DNA of 64,000 nt from Felis catus (Eukaryota): positions 92,506,001-92,570,000 of the forward strand of contig NC_058368.1 of NCBI RefSeq assembly GCF_018350175.1, in the 5' to 3' direction. Position numbers and translations under genes: made by a program. The notes beneath the pieces were generated by a model. That model saw nothing but the letters and a program-made list of their open reading frames with translations. It did not search any database and was not told where the DNA came from. Below are positions 60,078-64,000 of this stretch, in pieces (the stretch's first letter is position 1; each line of letters starts with the position of its first letter).

Positions 60078-60622
60078 TGAAGGAGGATGTCTATACTTGG
60101 AACCAAAAGTATTGTAAATAATACGAGATGAGGGAGAGGTGGGTATCTCAGGGAAGCTCAGTTTAGGTTCAGGAAACGTCAAAACAGGCAAAGGCTAAGA
60201 GATGCGGTGTGCCATCATTTGGAAGCACGGGGTCACGAATGGCAGGCTGAATGTGAGGATTAGAATTTTACAGCTGAACAGAAATCTAAAGATCACGTGT
60301 TTGACACCTTCCTTTGTCCTACGAGGAAACGGATGGTCAGAGAGCTCTGTGATTTTTCAGGGCTTGAGCTTGGGGGGTGGCAGGCTTGGTAATAAAAGCT
60401 TCCATTCCGTTCCCTGGATCCCATCTGTCTCCTCACTACTTACACGATCACAGTGCCTGGCCTGAAGACCAGTCTCCCTCCCTTCCTCCTCAGTGTCCCA
60501 CGTCTTTGCAAACTCAACTAGGACCAGATGGAACTTGTCATTTCTGCCTGAGCCCTTGTTCTTCGCCCCATGTGTCCTGTCTTTAGTCACTTAAGACAGA
60601 AATGTGATTTTTTTTTTTTTTA

Positions 60623-60818
60623 GGGGTGCCTGCGTGGCTCAGTAGGTTGAGCGTGCAACTTCTGCTTGGTCATGATCTCACGGTTTGTGAGTTGGAGCCC
60701 TGCATCGGGCTCTCTGCTGTCAGCATGGAGCCCACTTCTGATCCTTTGTCCTTTTCTCTCTCTGCCCCTCCCCTGCTCTCTCTCTCAAATAAATAAATAT
60801 TTAAAAAATTTTAAAAAA
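60623..60818 (+). mobile_element. CAN-SINE
   Basis: Consensus; TSD AGAAATGTGATTTTTTTTT. Confidence 0.9.
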
Positions 60819-61262
60819 AGATAGAAATGTGATTTTTTTTTTCTTTCCACCTAAATGTTCATCTTACGTGATCTTGCATAACTTCTGTCAACCTCTGTAT
60901 CCTGGTAATTCCCAAACGTATAGCCTTAAGCCCATGTTTTTTAGGCTCTTGTATACATCTTCCACCTGCACATTTTCCCTGGAAGTTCTCAGAAGTATAT
61001 CAGACTGAACACGTAAATGTCGATTCTCCCATTCTTCCAAAAGCAATTATAGCAGACACGTGGGTCCATTTGTCAATTTTTTGGGATTTCTTCCCAGTAC
61101 CTTCTCTCTGAATTGAACCCTCCCATCCTCACTAACCAGTTGGTTAGTACTGGTTTGTACTCTTTATAATGGCTCTTTGTAATGCTTTCCACTTCCACCC
61201 CAACCCCCCACCATTGTTTTTAATCAGGTCATCAACATTTCTTAATCAGAAATTAGAAGTCG

Positions 61263-61624
61263 GCTGTACCTGGGGTGGCTCAGTCAGTTAATCGCCTGAC
61301 TGTCGAGAGTCAGCTCAGGTCTTGATCTCAGGGTTGTGAGTTCAAGTCTTGCATGGTGCTCTGCACTGGGTGCAAAGCCTACCTTAAAAAAAAAAATTAG
61401 GGGCACCTGGGTGGCTCAGTTGGTTGAGCAGCTGACTTTAGCTCAGATCATGATCTCACAGGTTGTGAGTTCGAGCCCCACGTGGGGCTCTATGCTGACA
61501 GCTCAGAGCCTGGAGCTGCCTCAGATTCTATGTCTCCCTTGCTTTCTACCCCTCCCCCACTCATACTCTGTCTCTGTCTCTCTCTCAAAAATAAATAATA
61601 AAACATTTTAAAAAATTAAAAAAA
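61263..61624 (+). mobile_element. Two tandem CAN-SINEs (short about 61263-61396; long about 61400-61624)
   Basis: Second copy inserted in the first's A tail; shared flank AAATTAGAAGTC. Confidence 0.85.
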
Positions 61625-62145
61625 ATTAGAAGTCAGACTCCTCGCTTCTAGTCTTGCATTACTTCCAGTCTGTCCCCCCACTTCCACCCCAACTGCCAGT
61701 GATCTTTCTAAAGTGGACATTTTAGATGACAGTGAGTGGTGGTCTCCCCTGACCCCAGGGTCGTGGTGTTTCCTTGGTCGTTTCACTTATTTATGCTGCA
61801 GCCAAAATCTCTTTCCCCCACACTGCACAGTTTGATGGCCTTGCTCAGATTTTCCTCCCTGTTTTTATCTTCAGCTCGGCTACACGGGGTTCAGCATAAA
61901 CCACTGTTGACCAAAGTCATGTTTCAGGCTCCTTACAAAGCCATATGAGTTTTAGCCTTTACTGGTGTGTGTGGTTTGCTGCTATACAAATCAGGTAATT
62001 GTGTCATTGTCATGTGTCAGTTTTGCCTACCTTTAGCCTGGAGCTAGTAGCTTGGAGGCTCCCTCTGGTGGCTCTTGAGACAGCACAGTTTGGGCGTAAG
62101 CATAGTCATCCAGACTGGCTGGGAATGATTTTTAAATTAAAAACA

Positions 62146-62358
62146 TTTTTTTTAATGTTTATTTATTTTTAGAGAAAGAGACAGAGGACAAGAAGAGGAG
62201 AGGCAGAGGGAGAGAGAGAGGAGACACAGAATCTGAAGCAGGCTCCAGGCTCAGAGCTGTCAGCACAGAGCCCGATGCGGGGCTCAAACCCACGAACCAT
62301 GAGATCATGACTCGAGCCGAAGTCGCATGCTTACCTAACTGAGCCACCCAGGGGCCCC
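62146..62358 (-). mobile_element. CAN-SINE
   Basis: Reverse consensus. Confidence 0.9.
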
Positions 62359-63421
62359 TGACTTTGGTGTTATTTGTAAGCCTGTAGGAGTCGCTCCCTG
62401 GGGGGACAGAGCTTATTGTCCAGCCAGTGCTTGGTCAGAGGCTGTGCTGGAGCCCCTTGTACTAGTGAGCCTTCTGTCCTGCGTTGGTGGATCTATATGG
62501 CTTGGACTGCTTTCAAGTCTGCTCTGTCCTGCTGTGATGGCTCACCAGTGGGTGTAGCCTAGCCTGTGTGCACAGCTTTTCTGATTCCCAGGTTACCTCC
62601 AGGAGGGCTCTTCTTGACTGTCTCTACCCCTGGTTCTCCGTATTCAGTTGGCCACTCTGCCATTTTGTTTGTGTCATGAAACCACTGTCACTGCTCTTCA
62701 CCAAGATCTCTGTTGCCTTCAACAACACCCTTAGGCACGGAGTTTGCCACTCTCCCTGGGCACCAGTGGGAGTGACACTTTAGAGGTGAGGACTAGAGAG
62801 GGGGGAGCAGCCCCTCTCTATGTGGAGCCTCTGTCCCATGTGCCAGTAGTGCACAGCGGAGAAGGAGAAGGAGGATATGAATGAAGTCCTAAGGCAAATA
62901 CAGATATCAAAGGACTACTCACTTCCAGGCAACAAGAGGCAAACAGCTAGGACCCAGAGACCCACAGGTATATTTGCCACTGCCCTTGAATTGGTCTCAG
63001 AGAGCCACAGTGTCCCATTTGAGGCAGAGCATTGCTTCATATCCCCTGGCTTTACACCTGCCCAAATCCAGGCAGCGCTAGGTGGGCATGAAGAGTTAAA
63101 TGTCTGGCAGGTCAATACTGCCCAGACATGGGTCACTTTTGATGGTCTGATGGTCAACCCACTTGAGACATTGGGATTTTTTCTACATACTGTGCTGACC
63201 TGCTTCCTCCTTGAAAAATTCAATGATACACTTGAGGGGAAAGGGGAATCCCCTCTTTTTTCTTGGGCCGCAATAGGTTCATTCCTTTTGCTAACAGAGT
63301 ATTTGTGTAGACCAGAAAGATAGAGCTTTTACAAATGAGCTGCGATGGGGGTGATCAGGGCACAGCATTCTGGGCTTGCTGTGTCTGGGGCAGAGTATCT
63401 GCCATAGAAGTGGGGCTGGAT

Positions 63422-63587
63422 GGGGGCACCTGGGTGGCTCAGTCGGTTAAGCATCTGACTTCGGCTCAGGTCATGATCTCACGGTCCATGAGTTCGAGCC
63501 CCACGTCAGGCTCTGTGCTGACATCTCAGAGCCTGGATCCTGCTTCAGATTCCGTGTCTCCCTCTCTCTCTTCCCCTCCCCTGCTCA

Positions 63588-63623
<36 letters not shown>

Positions 63624-63650
63624 AATAAACATTAAAAAAATTAAAAAAAA
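63422..63650 (+). mobile_element. CAN-SINE
   Basis: Consensus; TSD AGAAGTGGGGCTGGATGGGG. Confidence 0.93.
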
Positions 63651-64000
63651 AGAAGTGGGGCTGGATGGGGGAAGAGAGACCGTTTCCTCTTGGCTTGGCA
63701 TAGAGCTTCTGCAACTCAGGGCTGGGGGTGAAAAAAAACACCAGTGGTCCGCTCCTTCCAGGGTAAAACCAGAGTCACAGACTACTGGGCGCTGGGGTGG
63801 GATATGGGGTGGTGCTGGAAGGAGACCCGCCATCTTCTTGGCTACAGGTTCTAGGGGTAGAGCTTTATGACATGGAAGCGATTGGAGGTAGGTGGAAATG
63901 GAGTGGATCCTGGCTCACATGGCACAGATTCTCACTGTTCTTGTTGGAACTTAATAAGATTTTGTTGAATGAATGTTTCTCCATTTGCTATATGCCTTAG

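Noticed and set aside
62877..63323. 148-aa plus ORF and overlapping 102-aa minus ORF as a host exon or retrogene
   Set aside because: No recognisable protein motif, no clear splice signals or polyA/TSD; length is compatible with chance. A BLASTX search would settle it.
1115..63628. Dozens of short ORFs with recurring peptides such as VAQSVKRPTSAQVMIS...LTAQSLEPASDSVSP
   Set aside because: These are translations of CAN-SINE copies, not a gene family.

Overview
Repeat-dense mammalian genomic DNA. About 50 tRNA-derived CAN-SINE copies of the feliform/felid (SINEC_Fc-like) type point to a cat or close relative. I could not identify any host protein-coding exon, so the window looks intergenic or intronic. 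The dominant feature is a decayed 6.86-kb gammaretroviral (ERV1) provirus at 51896-58752 (+), with paired LTRs, a tRNA-Pro PBS, gag, a TAG-readthrough pro-pol, env, a PPT and a 5-bp TSD (GTGAC). gag and pol carry stops and frameshifts, and the RT connection/RNase H region is deleted. In contrast, the env 5' part is an uninterrupted 246-aa ORF (signal peptide plus complete receptor-binding domain). An out-of-frame deletion ends it at the start of the proline-rich region, giving the same architecture as the feline soluble truncated-Env factors FeLIX and Refrex-1. The 5' LTR keeps its CCAAT and TATA boxes. Whether the ORF is expressed or functional cannot be read from sequence. Also present: a solo LTR of the same family inside a SINE (20005-20482), a dense nest of unrelated solo LTRs at about 16-24 kb, an ancient ERVL pol fragment on the minus strand (about 31293-32131) not captured as a clean ORF, and L1, L2, MIR, MaLR, MER34-like and MER58-like relics plus microsatellites. 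Repeat family names come from my recognition of consensus motifs, not from a database search, and most SINE/LINE boundaries are approximate.
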